64,000 nt of DNA, taken from NCBI GenBank assembly GCA_965112155.1, contig OZ218099.1. One strand, given 5' to 3'. This stretch comes from Podarcis liolepis (lineage: Eukaryota). The notes under the pieces are model-generated. The model did no database searches, was not told the DNA's origin, and was given only the letters and a program-made list of their open reading frames with translations. A program made the position numbers and the translations under genes. Of this stretch, positions 24,501 to 38,814 are shown piece after piece. Each line of letters opens with the position of its first letter. Position 1 is the stretch's first letter.

Positions 24501-27500
24501 AGGTCAGTGGGCCTCCTTCGCAAAGCTAGCGCTGCCTCCTCTTCAGCATGTTTCTCAAGGACAGTGCACTTCTCAGGTTCTTCTTGTTCATCTATGATAC
24601 CTAAAGATCCTGCAAGAAAGAGGATAATGAAATAATTAGAACCGAGGGTGCTTCTGAGATGATGGTAAGTTGTTCTCTGGCAGTCAGCATCCCAAAGATG
24701 ACTTTAGATTGGGAATGGAGTAAGCTTACCTTGAGAGAAATCCCTAGAGCGAGTATGCTCCAAAGCAGGAATGGCTCTCTGTTCAAATCCAAAGGTGGAG
24801 GCAGGGGTTTGTCTGTCAAGGCCTGCTGGATGTCAAGTTTTGCTGAGTCAACCATCTGTTCTCCATGTTGGTCTTATCTAATAGCATCCTAAGTGCCAAC
24901 ACATTGTAGGTAAGGTACTTCCAGTGGGTTGCCTTCTTGAACTCCCTTTTCCCGATACCAAGTCCAGCAAAATATGCTGGTGTTCCTCCTGAGTCTGCTA
25001 CGGCTCTCACTTTTCCTCCTCATACTTTTAAGATAGAAGAATGTTGAAGTCTTCATTCTGGAGCAACACTGTAGACCCGATTGGTGGTAGAGCCCTTTGA
25101 TACACCATTGCGATGTTTGACAGTTGCTCTTCTGATGGTATTATCTTCATATTCTCAGAGATAGAGCTTGGACTAACCTTGGGCTGTAGACATGTTGTCA
25201 CCCTACACATGGTCAAACCAAGCAGCTTTGTCCACTTTACATGAAAAAGCCAGGATCCAGGGGCACCTGGACTGCTTTTGACCGTACAATCACAAGGCTT
25301 GAAGTTGTAAACGCTAAGGGACAGGAGTGCTAGGCAGTGTTGGTCTATGCAGAATTGGTAGCTCTCCTTGGCCAGAGAATCCTAGGGTGGGAAAACGGGT
25401 CTGCCTTGTCTGGCCAGAGGATAATGGTGCAGTGATGGGGCTTGATTGAAGGTTTCCTTTGCAGTTGTTCTAAAATTAGCCCTCTGACACTTGATTGGGA
25501 ACAATGTTGTCACTCCATGAGGTGTAGCACAGAGTCACATCTTTCTTGTCTATAGAAGACTGCTAATCACTGAAGAGCATCATCCTGGACCCCACTCCTG
25601 AATGTTTGCTGTGGGTAGTGATTTCCTTCTTTCTCAAGGCATTCATTTTCTTCCTATACTAGACAGCATTCTGATTGTATCCTTGCTAGCACATCTCATT
25701 GGAGAGCCAGATGAGCACAGTATCCTTCCTATACCAAGGAACCAGTTCCTCCAGGACATGTGGAAATGGCCACTACCACCTTCTCTTCTATCCAAGATTT
25801 TGCTCTTAGCCTCTGGGAGGCCATCTAATGCTGAGAATCCAAGGGTGTAAGGGACTAGGTTTCTTCATCCATCGTGGAGAGTGTCTGCGACTCATGGTAT
25901 TTACAAGCCATAGCTGAGATTCACTGACGTGTCCTTGGGGTTCCCTTGAGTGTGTGTGTGTAAAACAACAAAAACAAAACCCCCCTACCAGTGGCATAGA
26001 AACACTGTTTGAGAAAACCAGAAACAAATGAAAGCTCACACCAACATCAGGTGAGGGGTTGTCAAATAACAGACATCCCTGCACCAAGTGAATTGTTCTC
26101 TAAGTTCTTGAACAAAAGATGCTAATTATCCTTAAGTTGCAAAGTGTAATCAACAGGTATGAAGGGTGGGGGGAGGTGTCAGGCTTTGGTGCTGATTGAA
26201 AGTATTCTTACCCTGCTAGGATTTCATGGTGCTACTTTCAGAAGTACAAATGTTTAAACCTTAGTAGTTTTAAATGTTTTAATGACTGCATTACCTTCAC
26301 CCCAAAAGCTATTGTTTCATTTCCCTCTAAGCAGCTTTTAATAAAAGTACTTTTGGCTAACTATCATTATGCATGGTTCCATTGTGACCTGCTGCTTTCT
26401 TATTCATCCTTTTATAGATGCTAGCTGGACAGAGGTCCCTTTGCACCACAATATGAAACTGTCTGCCTTGCGGGAAAGGGCTTGTCATGGAGAAGTGGAG
26501 CAGGGAAAAGCAACTGTTGTTAGGCAGAGTTCGGAGTAAAGTCTTCTTCAGGCAAAGCACTACAGAGAGCAGCTTCATCTTGGGAGTGGTTTAGTTTTCC
26601 ATTCCTTTCTTCTTTGCAAATCTGCAGCTCGGCGAGCAACTTGAGTGCAATGGCTGAACACACCACACAGTTTACATATAATGATAAGCCACAGATAAAA
26701 GCCAGAAATTGTAGGCCAGCAATAAACCATGAATTATTATCATTGTTTGTTTGTGCTTAACAAACCATAGTTAAACAGCTAGGCATGAGTCAGAAAATCA
26801 AAACAAACCATGGTAAAATAACCCTGGCTGAGTACTGCATACGAGCCAGGCCATTATTGTTCTGATCAATCAGAAGGCGAAGAGTTTGAAATAAAAGACA
26901 CATAATAGGGCTGATTTTTTACAAGTGTATGCACTTATTACACATTAACCAAGATCCTATTATTCAAGTGAAAGTAATTATAAAAATAGGGGCACACATC
27001 CATTTATCTGTGAGCAAATTAGTATCCCCCATCATAATGTAAAGAGCCAATACTGTGCAATTCTAGCACTATTTGACCCTTGAATTAAGGGAGTCCTGAT
27101 TCTTGAGTTTTTTTCTCACTCACCCAAACAACAAGTAATAGATAACATGCAGAGCAAAAGTTTTGCTCAATAGATGAGTTAACAGACAAAATGAAGTTGA
27201 AAGCACATGCCATAAATACTGTAGTGACAACTCCTGGATTATGCTACTAACAACATCAATACACGAAGGCACTTCTAGAAAGCACATAGCAATCCTAGCT
27301 GAAAAGTAGCCTATATGAAACCTGCTCACATGCCTGGCAGGGGCAAAACACAGCTCTGTAAGAGAGTACCACTTTTATAAAGGCAACTCTCATATTACAA
27401 AATCAACACATTAACTACCCCCGCTAAAAGGAGCGGCACTTCTAGGTTTATTTTGTTATAGTAAAAGTCCTTGCTATTTGTAAATATGAAGCTACCACCT

Positions 27501-28808
27501 GATGAGTTTTTAGCAGTTCAGAATCTGGAATCAGCCAAGTAGCTGTGGCATTTGAACTGAGAGGGAAAGGCTTTCTGATGAAACAAAATCAGCTGAGTAG
27601 CTCTGGGCTAAGATGAGGGAATAGTATTGCCGGCTTTCCAGGACAAGTGTTGACTTTGTCTGGGCAGCCTTCCATTGGATAGAACAATCTTCATTCTGAA
27701 TATATAAAGACCAGAAATAATCTGGAGGGAGTTATACGCTTAAAGCACAGAAGCTAGCAGGACTTACGTACATTTAGATTTATTTAGACTGTGCATAGGA
27801 TTGGAATTAAAAGCTATTTAAATACTCTTGGCTACTGCGCCTCAATTTTGCTGCTTCTCTAGTCTTTTTACTTTGCAGACTGCAGCAATTCCCCTTGCTA
27901 ATCAGCTGACTGCCTGGCAGCTAATCAGTAGATCAGTGACAGAACACACATCTGATAATCTCATTCATTACAAGTGACAAGTAGCAGAGATGTGAATGGG
28001 TCAGTGATCTAGCATACACAGCTTCACTCTATGGTTAGGGTCCAGGAGTTGTTATTATTATTACTATTTTTGCAAAGGACTCTTGCACAGAGAACATTAA
28101 TGCTGGCTGTTTCTTAGGATTTGGGGTGTTTAAAGTTTAAATATTGTGTCTATATTACTACTGTACGCAGTTCTCTGCTTGGTGAGGATATTCTCATAAA
28201 AAGCAGGTTAAACTTCTATTAAATGCGTTCAGGTTCATGCTGAGTTTGACTGCATCGGGTTGTTTCAGGCAGGGTCCCCATTTTCATACATGATGTTTCC
28301 CACATAGGCAAGCACTGGTATTGCAAAACCAACATACATTAGTGTACAATATGCTCCGTGAAGGTGATACATGTGTATTCTGATGAGGAAAGTGCACTAC
28401 ATTTGGAAAAAGCAGCTTTCCAAGTGCATATTTAGCAAAACAGATACATGTGCGATCTTCACACAGGTGTATGCCAGGCACGAGGAACATTTTTCTATGG
28501 AGGGCCACTGACTAATGAGAAAAGATAATGGGTGACTCTGAGCTGAAGAAGGGTGGCATAGGCTTGGCTCTATGCCTGCCAGGCAGTTGGAGCTACAACT
28601 ACTCAACAAGCACAGGGGCTCCTCAATATGAGAAAAATCTATTTGCCTAGGGACAAAAAACAGACTCAAACAATGCTTCTTTATTTCCCCCCCGGTATAA
28701 AAAACAAAAACAAAAAAACAAAGTAGACACCTGAGACTCCACACCTATCAATGAACATGTTTTTCATTGGTGTACGAAACTGAGCATGTTTTTTCCTACA
28801 CCAGTATA

Positions 28809-29282
28809 TTGTATTGGCCCAAATAAGACGCACCCGCAAATAAGCTACACCTTTAAAATTCAAGGCTTATTTGTGGGTGCAGTCCGCCTCCCGGCTCTGC
28901 CGCCCTGAACGGGGGGGGGGCGGGAACCCACATCTTGACACTACCACCTCCTGGCACTCCCGACACTCCCTCCCCAAGCACCAGAGAGGCTTGGGAGCGG
29001 TGGGCAGGCTGTGCACCGTTGTCCCGCGTTCCTCTTTGGGGAGGGGGAGCCACGCTGCTTGGCCAGCAGCCTCCCCTGCTTCTCCTCGATGGCTCAGGGG
29101 AGATTTGGGAACAGGGGGCGGGCTATGCACCATGGCCCGTGCTCCTGGACTGCTTCCTTGGGGTGGGGGGTGGGGAACCACGTCGCTTTGCCAGCAGCAT
29201 AAGGTCGCGAATATAAGCCGCCCTTTATCTTTTCACTGTCAGAATTTGGAAAAAAGTGTAGCTTACATTCGGGCCAATACAG
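28809..29282. mobile_element. Tc1/mariner (Tc2/Kanga-like) MITE with GC-rich interior
   Basis: TA flanks; termini (TT)GTATTGGCCCAAATAAG / CTTACATTCGGGCCAATACAG; inverted relative of 42016-42375. Confidence 0.85.
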
Positions 29283-30621
29283 TACATATTTAGGAGAAAA
29301 TTCAAGTGCATTCAGATCCTCTCACTTGTTGCTGTTTAGATACTGGCTTTACTGTGCTGTTTTTGTGTGTTCTGAACAAGGGAAGAATTGCTTATTCCTT
29401 GGCGTGATAGTGTCAAAAGTATTGGACGTGGAGGCTTGAGGCTACAATTCCCATCATTCTGAATGCTGGCATGGCTTGGTGATTTCTCAGAACTGACAGC
29501 ATCCTGATCTTCTATGTCAATGTACTAACAAAGGTAAAGGAGAACAATTTCTTCTTTCCAGAAGATGATAGATTAGGAAAATTCCACACACCACTGACAT
29601 ATACCGTAACAGTGCTCTGGACTGTAACTTCAAAGATTCATCTGTGCTGAAGATGGAAAACAAACCAAAACTGCAAATTTGATCTCATTAGTTCTGATCA
29701 GAAGCAGTTAGTCATGTACCGTACTTCTGGCTAAAGGAACAAGCACTCCCACAGTAGCATTTAATTCCCACACAGAGAAGGAATAAACACAAGAAATTCT
29801 ACTGCTCTAACATAAAATACCCTAGAGACTGAAAAAAAGGACATGAAAATAAGGCTGTGGGGAGACTAAGAACCTAAGGCTCATATGTCACTATTAATTT
29901 ATATACAGCCCGAGCAAAGTCCTATGATATGCACAAATTCTCCACCCCACCCTCTTTCCAGCTTCTCTTGACATGTAATAAGGCATTTCAGATATACGCA
30001 ATTATGTGGGATGACACAGGAAGATTAAGCAGCCTTTTGTTCCAACAGTGCACTTGAGCAGCTCATTTAGCTATCCAGAATTATGGTGTGTTTACAGACA
30101 CACTCTGAACTCAATGAAGCTAGTTAATTAGATAATTGAGAGCTATAACAGGGTGGCTTTAGTCCTCAATAAGCGCAGCCAAATGACTGGAACACATGCA
30201 CTATTTATTGTCTGAACTGCCCCAGCACCTGCCTTGGATTCAGAGTCTTTCCCGGAGTCATGCATTTATACATGCGTCTGGTCAAGCCTTGAGAGACAAC
30301 ACTGATATTCCCTGAAACTGCCAGTGTTCACTGCTAAGAGTCAGCATGAACAGACCATATATCTAAAGTTCAATCTGGTTTTCAAATGGCCAAGATAAGT
30401 CTGAGGAAGAGGTCAAGACAAACGTTTAACAACAGAGACTGCTGCTTTTATTATTAATTGGACCACACAGCTTCAACAGTCATTTTCAGTTACCAGGGCA
30501 ATAAAAAAAATCAGATAAAATAAAAGTACAATATTGAAAATATTAAAATAACATACAAAAAAAACACAGCAGCAGCAATTCAATTACGTTCCCAAAATGA
30601 GCAATCCTTCAAGCCTAAAAG

Positions 30622-30761
30622 CAGGCATAGGCAAACTCAGCCCTCCATATGTTTTTTTGGGACTACAACTCCCATCATCCCTGACCACTGGTCCTGTTAG
30701 CTAGGGATGATGGGAGTTGTAGTCCCCAAAACATCTGGAGGGCTGAGTTTGCCTATGCCTG
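30622..30761. mobile_element. 140-bp near-perfect palindromic hAT MITE with 8-bp TSD
   Basis: CAGGCATAGGCAAACTCAGCCCTCCA...TGGAGGGCTGAGTTTGCCTATGCCTG; TSD CCTAAAAG at 30614-21 and 30762-69. Confidence 0.95.
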
Positions 30762-33700
30762 CCTAAAAGACATTGATGCAAGTGCCAGCTGGGCTTCCCT
30801 AGAGCAGGCATTCCAAAGATAGTCTCTCTCTTAATTGCAACCCATCCAAGGGTGGCAAGGTACATTGGCCAAACCTCAAGAGGGCTTGGACAAAAGGATT
30901 ATTGGAAATATTTGGAATCTGAATTCCAAAGTTTCATGAGCGACCTATGTCAAACATCATGGTATATAAATTAACCATGGAAATACGAAGTAATTAAGCA
31001 GTCTCTGACCTTGCTTCTGATGGTAGAATATATTGCTTATAAGCAAGGATACCATAAAGTTCCCCCCTAATAGGATTTTGGGTATGATTTCCAGCTGGAA
31101 TGGAATGGCCCCATTTCTTGTGGGTTTGAGATCCGACCCGGGAACAGCATGGCCAATGTTCAGGGATGATAGTAAATGCAGTCCAACAGTGCCTGGATGC
31201 CACCATGGTGACTGTCCCTGTTCAACAGGGTAAATCCACACAAAATCTTGATGAAGGGCTGGGGACCCTTTTCTGTGGATGGACACAGTTTCTCAGGATA
31301 CTCCTTCATGGGTCACAGGGGTCACTATTCTCTCTCATATGGACTGATACACTCGCTCTCTTTCTCTTTCTCATATCACTCATTTACTCATCCTCCCCTC
31401 CCAAGAGGCTACTTATTAGGGGAGGAATAGTTTGCTGGTGTCAGAAAATTTCAGAACCATTTCCCACTCAGTAACTGGTACTGGCTGCCTGTTTCAATGG
31501 CTCATTTCATCACCGGAGACAGAAAAAATATATCTGAGGTATTGGTCTCTTGCAACACTGCCCTACTGTCCTATTAACTTGAAAAGGAAAAGAAAAAATA
31601 CGCCTGTACTGTTTGCACACCACTGAGTGGCACATTGCATCTTTTGTTTAGGGTCAGAACATTGCTAGAATCTTAACACAGAACTTTGGATTGTCCACTG
31701 GGATTCTGTCAAGTCAACAAGGCATTTTATAAAAGTGAAGTCTTCCCTTCTGGGTGATTAGAAGTGGAGTAACAAGGAAGATGTTCTCATCTTTGGTTTA
31801 ACAAAACAGTACAAAAATAGCTGAATTGGCATTTAACATTTTCAGAACACTGAACTGGCATTTCTGCCCTTCATCTTCTTGTCCCTCAGGAGCACTATTC
31901 ATGCTGAGGAAGAATTCCTCCTAATTGCAGCCTTCCCATTGAGATTTAAAGACAAGAGCAAACATTCCCAACCTGCACCCACAGAGGAAGCAGCTTCTTT
32001 TCATAATGCTGACAGGAACATGCTTGTGGTATGAATTCAAACCCATAATGCAAAAATTGTTTCCTATGAATCATAGCAGATGATGTAGTTCTCAACAGAG
32101 AGAAAGGTCTACATACGTGTAGTCGATAGCTAATATGTGAGTGAAATTCATATTCCATTTACATGGGGGGGGGCGAGCCTTAAACTATCACAAGTTTGGA
32201 AAACACTGGCCTATACTTATGAAGACATCTAAAATGAATAGAAGAATCCTGAACTGAAGAGGCCTCCCAGGCAGTTTAGCTCATTGATTAATGACTGTTA
32301 GAAGCAACAGGACAATCTATATCATAAGCTTCACATTGCTACTATTTCATATTTTTTAAACACCATTTATACAACTATTTCTGAACTGCCAGTTCAACAC
32401 ACCATCTGGCAATCCCTTAATCCTTACTACTATCACAGGCCAAAATTTTAAAAAGTATGTCAAATTACTCCATGAGTCGATAATCCAGTAGGTCAATCCC
32501 TTTTTAAAGGAACACAGAAAATAAATTTCAAACAGCACTGAATAAATGCAGCTTATAGCCTCCAGTCTCCACAATGCATGGGCTGCCTTCATCTAAATTA
32601 GAAGTATTTATATTTACCAAAATAAATATTTACAAGTGATAACCATGGACATGTTTTGTCTTTTTAATATCCGTTATTTATACAAGCAACCATCTGAACA
32701 ATAGCCAATAATATTAAGCCTAATGGGAGGTGGGAGGGAGGCGGAGACAGACAGGCATTTCTTCTTTTTAATTAAAAATAAAGTACCAAGATCAAAATCT
32801 AAGTTAATTATGAAACCTATAGTGCACTTTTACATTGTTGCACATTTGACATTTTTTTTAAAAAAAAGTGCAATCCTTGATCCACTTTTAAAAATTGCAG
32901 TGTGCATTTTTAACAGGATATGTAACATTTCCTATAAACAGTATACTCTGAAATTGAAAAGCACATTTCTTAGCCAGTTAATCCACAGCAATACTTGGCA
33001 TGCGAAGGCTGAAGGTTATTGCAATCTAAACAGGCACCAAGAGGGAAATGTTGGATTAGCAGCCAGAGAGCAAAGGTTTTCCATAAACAAAGCAACTTAC
33101 AAAAACCAGTGGATTAATATTAAAATGTTTTTCATCAGGCAATGTATAGATATTGTTTATCCCTCACCGTAGAAAGGATTTGTTCCCAGCTTTACAGTAG
33201 GTCAGCATCAAAGGCCGCACTCATTTCCCTAGTTACAGTGGCTGATCAACCAAAGCCCCTTTTGGCCAAGTCCTGCCCTTACCTGCCTCATGGACAGGTG
33301 GGCATGGCTTTCTCAAAACAACCTGGCAGGCCAAATTTGGCCCACAGAGTGAAGGTTGCCCACCCCTTATTTACAGTAATGCTCTACAAGAGACCAAAGA
33401 GGTTATTAAAGTACCTGAGTCACTGCACATCTCTTAAGATTTTTGTGTATTTTAAATTATAAAAGGATTTGAGAAGGAAAACTCCAACAGATAAGAAGAT
33501 TGTAGATAAATTGTGATGGACTGGAGCACTAGAATCATTAAGTGCTGTTACACTATGCCTACAAATTTTATGGGGAGACAACAGCCATTATTAGGTAGAA
33601 ATTAAAAGGCAAGCAAGTCAATAAATAAACATTTAGCAAGGACTGGCTTTGGGAAAAAATGTAGTTTTGTTTCAGTAAAATATTAGAATCATGGACAACC

Positions 33701-34482
33701 TTGATAGAATCCCGTTTAGATCTGTTTGGCTCAGCTTCTAGCATTGAAAGTGAGAGTTTAAAAGATGGAAAGGAGTTAGCAACATAAAAATAAGAAATTG
33801 GTTTCTAATAAGGCATCTCTGGCAGTTACAAAGTACAGAGAAAATATTCAGCCAAATTCAGTGTCAAAGGCATAAGTGAAAGCTTCTTAAATTTAATGGC
33901 TTCATCTTCTGCTATTCACATTTGCCACAATAAATTTAATACTAAAACCACAAAATGTCGCCTTTTATTAACACCAGGGCACTTCTTCACACTGCAAAAT
34001 TAATGGCAACAACAGCAAGTTCCTTCTTTGTAACTCTTTCAAGCATTTAGTTTAGCGGTTGCACATTTAGTTGCAAGAGTAAGGATACTGTAATAGATCT
34101 CTATGCAGATCTAAGTACGCAATGTGTAAGAGATATATAGACCTACTTCAACCTTGCATTCATCTCCTCTGTAAAAACCATTAGGGCATAAGCAGATTCT
34201 ATTAATGTTATCATTTAATTAACAGTTCTATTAATGGCCAGGGTTATACTGTTGGAAAGCAAACAGAATCAGAACTAAATTAAAGCTGCAAGACTCTTCC
34301 CAAATTAGTTTCTTTTTTCAGCTCAGTCTCCTACACGTTTGTTGCTAGACGTATCTTTGCATCAAGCACAGTATGATCTGCTCTCACAAGCCGTGATTCC
34401 ATGGTCCTTCCCCCACTTGATCCTATTAAAGTCTAAAAGAATAATGCCCTCTTTCACCAATTTCACATTCCCACAATCTCAC

Positions 34483-34629
34483 CTCCAGCTCCTGCTCCCT
34501 CTGCAGGGCAAACTGTTTGAAAGATTTGACAATAAGGCCAGCGTTTGAGCAATCATACACGAAGATAGAGGGACTGCCCATCCATGTCTGTAGATCATAT
34601 ATGGATAAAGGGATGTACTGCGTATAGTT
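34483..34629 (-). CDS. RPTOR: Raptor coding exon (exon 5), 147 bp, phase 0-0: [49 protein letters not shown]
   Basis: Peptide recognised. Acceptor ...tattttgcag|AAC; donor GAG|gtgaga. Within ORF 34426..34659. Confidence 0.98.
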
Positions 34630-36261
34630 CTGCAAAATAAACAAACAAAAAAACCACATATATTATACTGCACAGTGAACAGCAGCCTTTGCCTACAATA
34701 CTCAGAAGGATTAAACAAGCTACTTCTGTTTTCAGGGTTAAGAAACAATTCCAAATATAATGGAAATAAATGATGCTATGGAATCATCATTTACCATCCC
34801 ATAAAGTAATACAAGAGTTCATTCAGTGTGAAAATGTTCTCAAATTTACTCTGAATTCTGCTCACTTGTCACTTACTATGTATTATTATAATGCACGTAT
34901 CAGAGATTGTGGTCATAAAAAGAGTCAGGATTTGAGAAATAAGCTGAACATGTTGTAATGTTAGGTGAAATTCTACCAAACACAGTGTGTGAAAATAATA
35001 TATGTTAACTATTACTAGCTGTTTATACTGGGTATGTCCCTATGCATATTTGTACTAAGCAAAATAAATTCACATCCTTGTACGGAAAATGCATTGTTTC
35101 CTGAATCATGAACGAGAGACATCTTATCTCAGAAGACTCACTGAATTGTCATCAATTTTGCAAACTTATGGTTGCCTTGAAAACTAAGCACAAAGATAGA
35201 GCTGAGACCTCTGGCAAGTAAATGAATCACCACTTCTTTTAACCAAATTACTGTATAACCTATGAAGTTGCTAAACCTATCAGAAAACATGGAACAGCTT
35301 CCAGTTACTTACATGGTAATAAAACAGATTTCTGCCTTACAGTTTAACTTAATTTGCAAATTCTGTGCACCTGTGGTACTGTAGAATTGCTTGGCTACTT
35401 TCTGAGTGATTAACAAAGATTACAAAAAAAGCAACCAAGGAAAAAGAGCAACCATTAATATTTCTGGTGTGCCCCCCCCCCCCCCGCAGTACAGTGCATC
35501 ATTTTTCTTTAATATACAAATCACTGGCATGTACCTGAAATACTGTAAAGCCAAAATAACAACTTTGAGGGTTTCTTGACTTTACGGTCAAAAATTGTGA
35601 TTTTAATGGTATCATAAAATAAAAAAGAAAGCAGCGGAGGGGGCTGGGAGAATGTCAATTTTCTTTTTCTGTGTAATCCATTAGCATCTCATTAGCTGCT
35701 TTCCTTTGTCTGCCAAGTTGCAAAGCAAATTTAGAACACTGCAAGTCTTCAAAAGAGTGGGAAATCATTTTATCATACTGCAGTGGAACATTGGTCTTGT
35801 TGCAGCAAGAGGTGAATGGAAGGAGAAGAATGTACCAATAAATGTTCTCCAAATCCTTTTGAGGTGCTCTCTCCTCCTACATGTGCTGAAAGTACTGTAC
35901 CAAAGTGAAGTCCTTGAAGACAAACAGTACCTTTGATCCCTAAATGCCCCATCTCAAAGCAATATAATCTGGGGGCAGAAGAGGAGAAGAAACACATTGC
36001 AATTGTCTCTCTTTCTCATGCTTAAATATACAGAGGATGAAAAGCAAGTTCTCCTTCCAACTAAGTGAACATAGATGCACTGCAGATTATTTATTTATTA
36101 ACTTCCTCTTTATCTGTCAGACTAGATTAAACATCCAAAAACTAGGCTTGCTTTATAAGGCAGTCCTGAAAAATTAAGCTAGCCACCACATTATGCAAAA
36201 CATGACAAGAGGAATAAAAATAATCAAGTTAAGGGGGGGATGCATGGCAGAAAAGAGTGAA

Positions 36262-36269
36262 GTGTGTGT

Positions 36270-36343
<74 letters not shown>
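36262..36343 (+). repeat. (GT)n microsatellite, interrupted
   Basis: Direct reading. Confidence 0.95.
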
Positions 36344-36345
<2 letters not shown>

Positions 36346-37427
36346 ACGCATACAGAGACACCAACACACACACTTTTTTAAAAAAAAAGATCAACTCAAT
36401 TTAATCATTAACTTTTTTAAAGTGACTTATTCAAACTATGCCACACAGTCCTTTTTCACTTGGATCCCTGTGGAAAATAGAGTCTGCTTAGTTAAACAAA
36501 ACAACTGAGATCTGGCTTTTTGGCTGAAACAAATCAGACAGAAATAATACTTCCTGTAGGGTTTATCCTTTTTAATCTATGTATCAGAATATATTATCCT
36601 TAATCTCTTATAAATATAGCACAACTAGAAAATGATGGGTGCTTAGACTTGCACAGACTCACTGAAAACTCACAGGTCTTCCACTGAAGGGCAAAGAGAT
36701 AATTTGCAGAGCCTCTGATCAGAAGCAACAATTCTACAGCTAAAAAAAAAAGGTCACAACTATATCTCGACCACCAAGGGCATCTCAGGGACACTCCGTA
36801 GTAGGTTGATCCAATTGCTAGTGAATGTGCAGTCACTGGATTTTAATGCACTACCTAAGAGGACCACTGGGAGAAGTTATATTTTTTAGAATTCGTCTTA
36901 AAACAAAACAGTGGCATTTACTCTGCATTAGAATCTTTGAAACTTCAAGCTGTACAGAACATAGCTGTTTGGAAGCAGAGGGCAAGAGCATTTCCTCCCT
37001 CCCTTGTCTTGCTTTTTTTTTTGTTAGAAAGAAAGCACACTTCCCCTTCTGATAGGCAAATATATCATGTTTCACATTCCACCTATGCAAATCCAGTCCT
37101 CCTTCGTAACCTGGGCTACAAATCTTTAAGACATCTCCTAATAATAGACAGTGGAGTCTTCATCAGATTACCCCAGCTGATAAGGCAAGATAGCTGGCAA
37201 AGGCACAATAAATAAATACTTAATAACGCTGTTGGCACAACATCCAAATTTCATTCATCAGTAATTTATTTCCCTCATTCTTGTAGCACATTCAGCATCA
37301 CATTATTTCTATCTTATTTACCGTTCAGAACTCATTAAGATCTCTTTTTATTGTTTTTAAACACCAGATCTAGATTAAATATTTGGTGTTGTGTTGGGAT
37401 GAATGTTAATTGAGTTCTGAGCTCTAT

Positions 37428-37610
37428 TAGGAAGGAAGTTGCCTTATACCAGGTAATATGCTCCAGTATAGTCTTCCTTCAGCAGACAGTGGCAATTCAC
37501 TACCACCTATTTTACTGGACCTTTTTAACTGGAATTGACTCGAATTGAACATGGGGACATTTTGCATGAAAAAAACATGATCCGTTTGCTGCCAAATTAC
37601 TAGCCAGCAT
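37428..37610 (-). mobile_element. Degenerate tRNA-SINE (family of 8080)
   Basis: ggaagttgccttatacc...gaattgaacatggggacattttgcatg. Confidence 0.5.
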
Positions 37611-38655
37611 CATTCGTAAACTATGACATAAGTCCTTGAGGCTACTCCATAGAAGGAATGAAAGAACCTAAGTCCTCTCCTCCACACAGGGCTGAAATGG
37701 TAACTTTTTGCAAAATGCACTGCAAACTGAACAACTACATTTTTGTACTTTGAACAATAAAACAAAAAAATTGAAACTGAACTGACCATATAAACATCCA
37801 AGAGCAACTCTCCCTCAGCTATATGGAACCAGCTATAAAACACAGTTAGGAGCAACCCCAAGGCGGTAAATAAACTGCTGAATAAAAGTCTCTGTTTCAC
37901 TATCAGTCACCTGTTGGAGGTAGTAAATGTGTTACTTAAAAGGCAAAACACATTTGGGTAAGTGCAACTCGTAATCAATCATCATAACCTATCACCCACT
38001 TCTCATCCCCATGCAAGTGAGAAGACATCTTGATGTCTAGTACAAGCTCTTGTGGCAGATTTGCTGTCTGGAGTAAGGCTAATAAGGATTCTGAATGCAA
38101 AGTGGGTTACGGCTTCCAACACCACAAAGGCAAGCTGAAAATCCTGGCAATGTTTCATACATTTATTTCATACACTGCAAGATCATAATGACCAAAGCCA
38201 AGTGCATTAATAGGTATGCCACTGAAGACTTGTTCAGTGTTGGGGCGGGGGTATTTTCCTTAGAAGGTAAGGTACCATGCCCATTGCTGGCACTGTGTAA
38301 CAGTGTTTTATTAGCTTATGGAATTTGAAGAGCAATTTCTGGAATCCTCTTCAGGAGGAAATTTGGACATGAACATTAATTATGTATCTTAGCTAGCATC
38401 ATTATTATCTCTGTAATCTAGCTCTCTTTATGTGCACACACTAATGCAGAGAGAGCTCCTCCAGAAGGACTGCAGGTACCCTTTCAAAAAAAGGAGTTAC
38501 AAGAAGTACATAACAACTTAATGTGGGGGTACATAAAGGTGTGAACAAACTGAAGCTCTAAAATCATACGTTAGCAATAACACTTTTATTGGTAAGTGTT
38601 GAGCAAATTTGACATGAAAGGGACCATGATTTAACTCCATCTGCAAATCGTGTAC

Positions 38656-38814
38656 CTTGTTGAAGACCCATATTTCTCCATTTACTGTTGGTCTGGGGAC
38701 ACCATGCCCATTGTAGTGGAAGAGAACTCTCTCTTCCTTGGCATTTCGACGCAATGATGTGCATAGCTTTTTAACTTCATCCACTGTAGGATCTAGACTC
38801 TGCTTGTATCGGGC
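38656..38814 (-). CDS. RPTOR: Raptor coding exon (equivalent to human exon 4), 159 bp, phase 0-0: [53 protein letters not shown]
   Basis: Peptide recognised as the Raptor RNC domain. Acceptor ...tccaaccag|GCC with an upstream pyrimidine tract; donor AAG|gtacac. Overlaps ORF 38518..38784. Confidence 0.98.

Noticed and set aside
28853-29293. Cluster of overlapping ORFs and a CpG-island-like patch
   Set aside because: Entirely inside a TIR/TA-bounded MITE. No evidence for a gene or promoter.
31130-31200. Minus-strand IQALLD, resembling a retroviral protease motif
   Set aside because: The DNA is better explained as a decayed copy of the palindromic hAT MITE (ggactgcatttactatcatccctgaacattggccatgctg).
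38518-38655. ORF read-through past the exon 4 donor plus a sense AATAAA at 38585-38590 (intronic polyadenylation?)
   Set aside because: AATAAA is common in AT-rich introns, and cleavage there would precede the in-frame stop. No support beyond chance.
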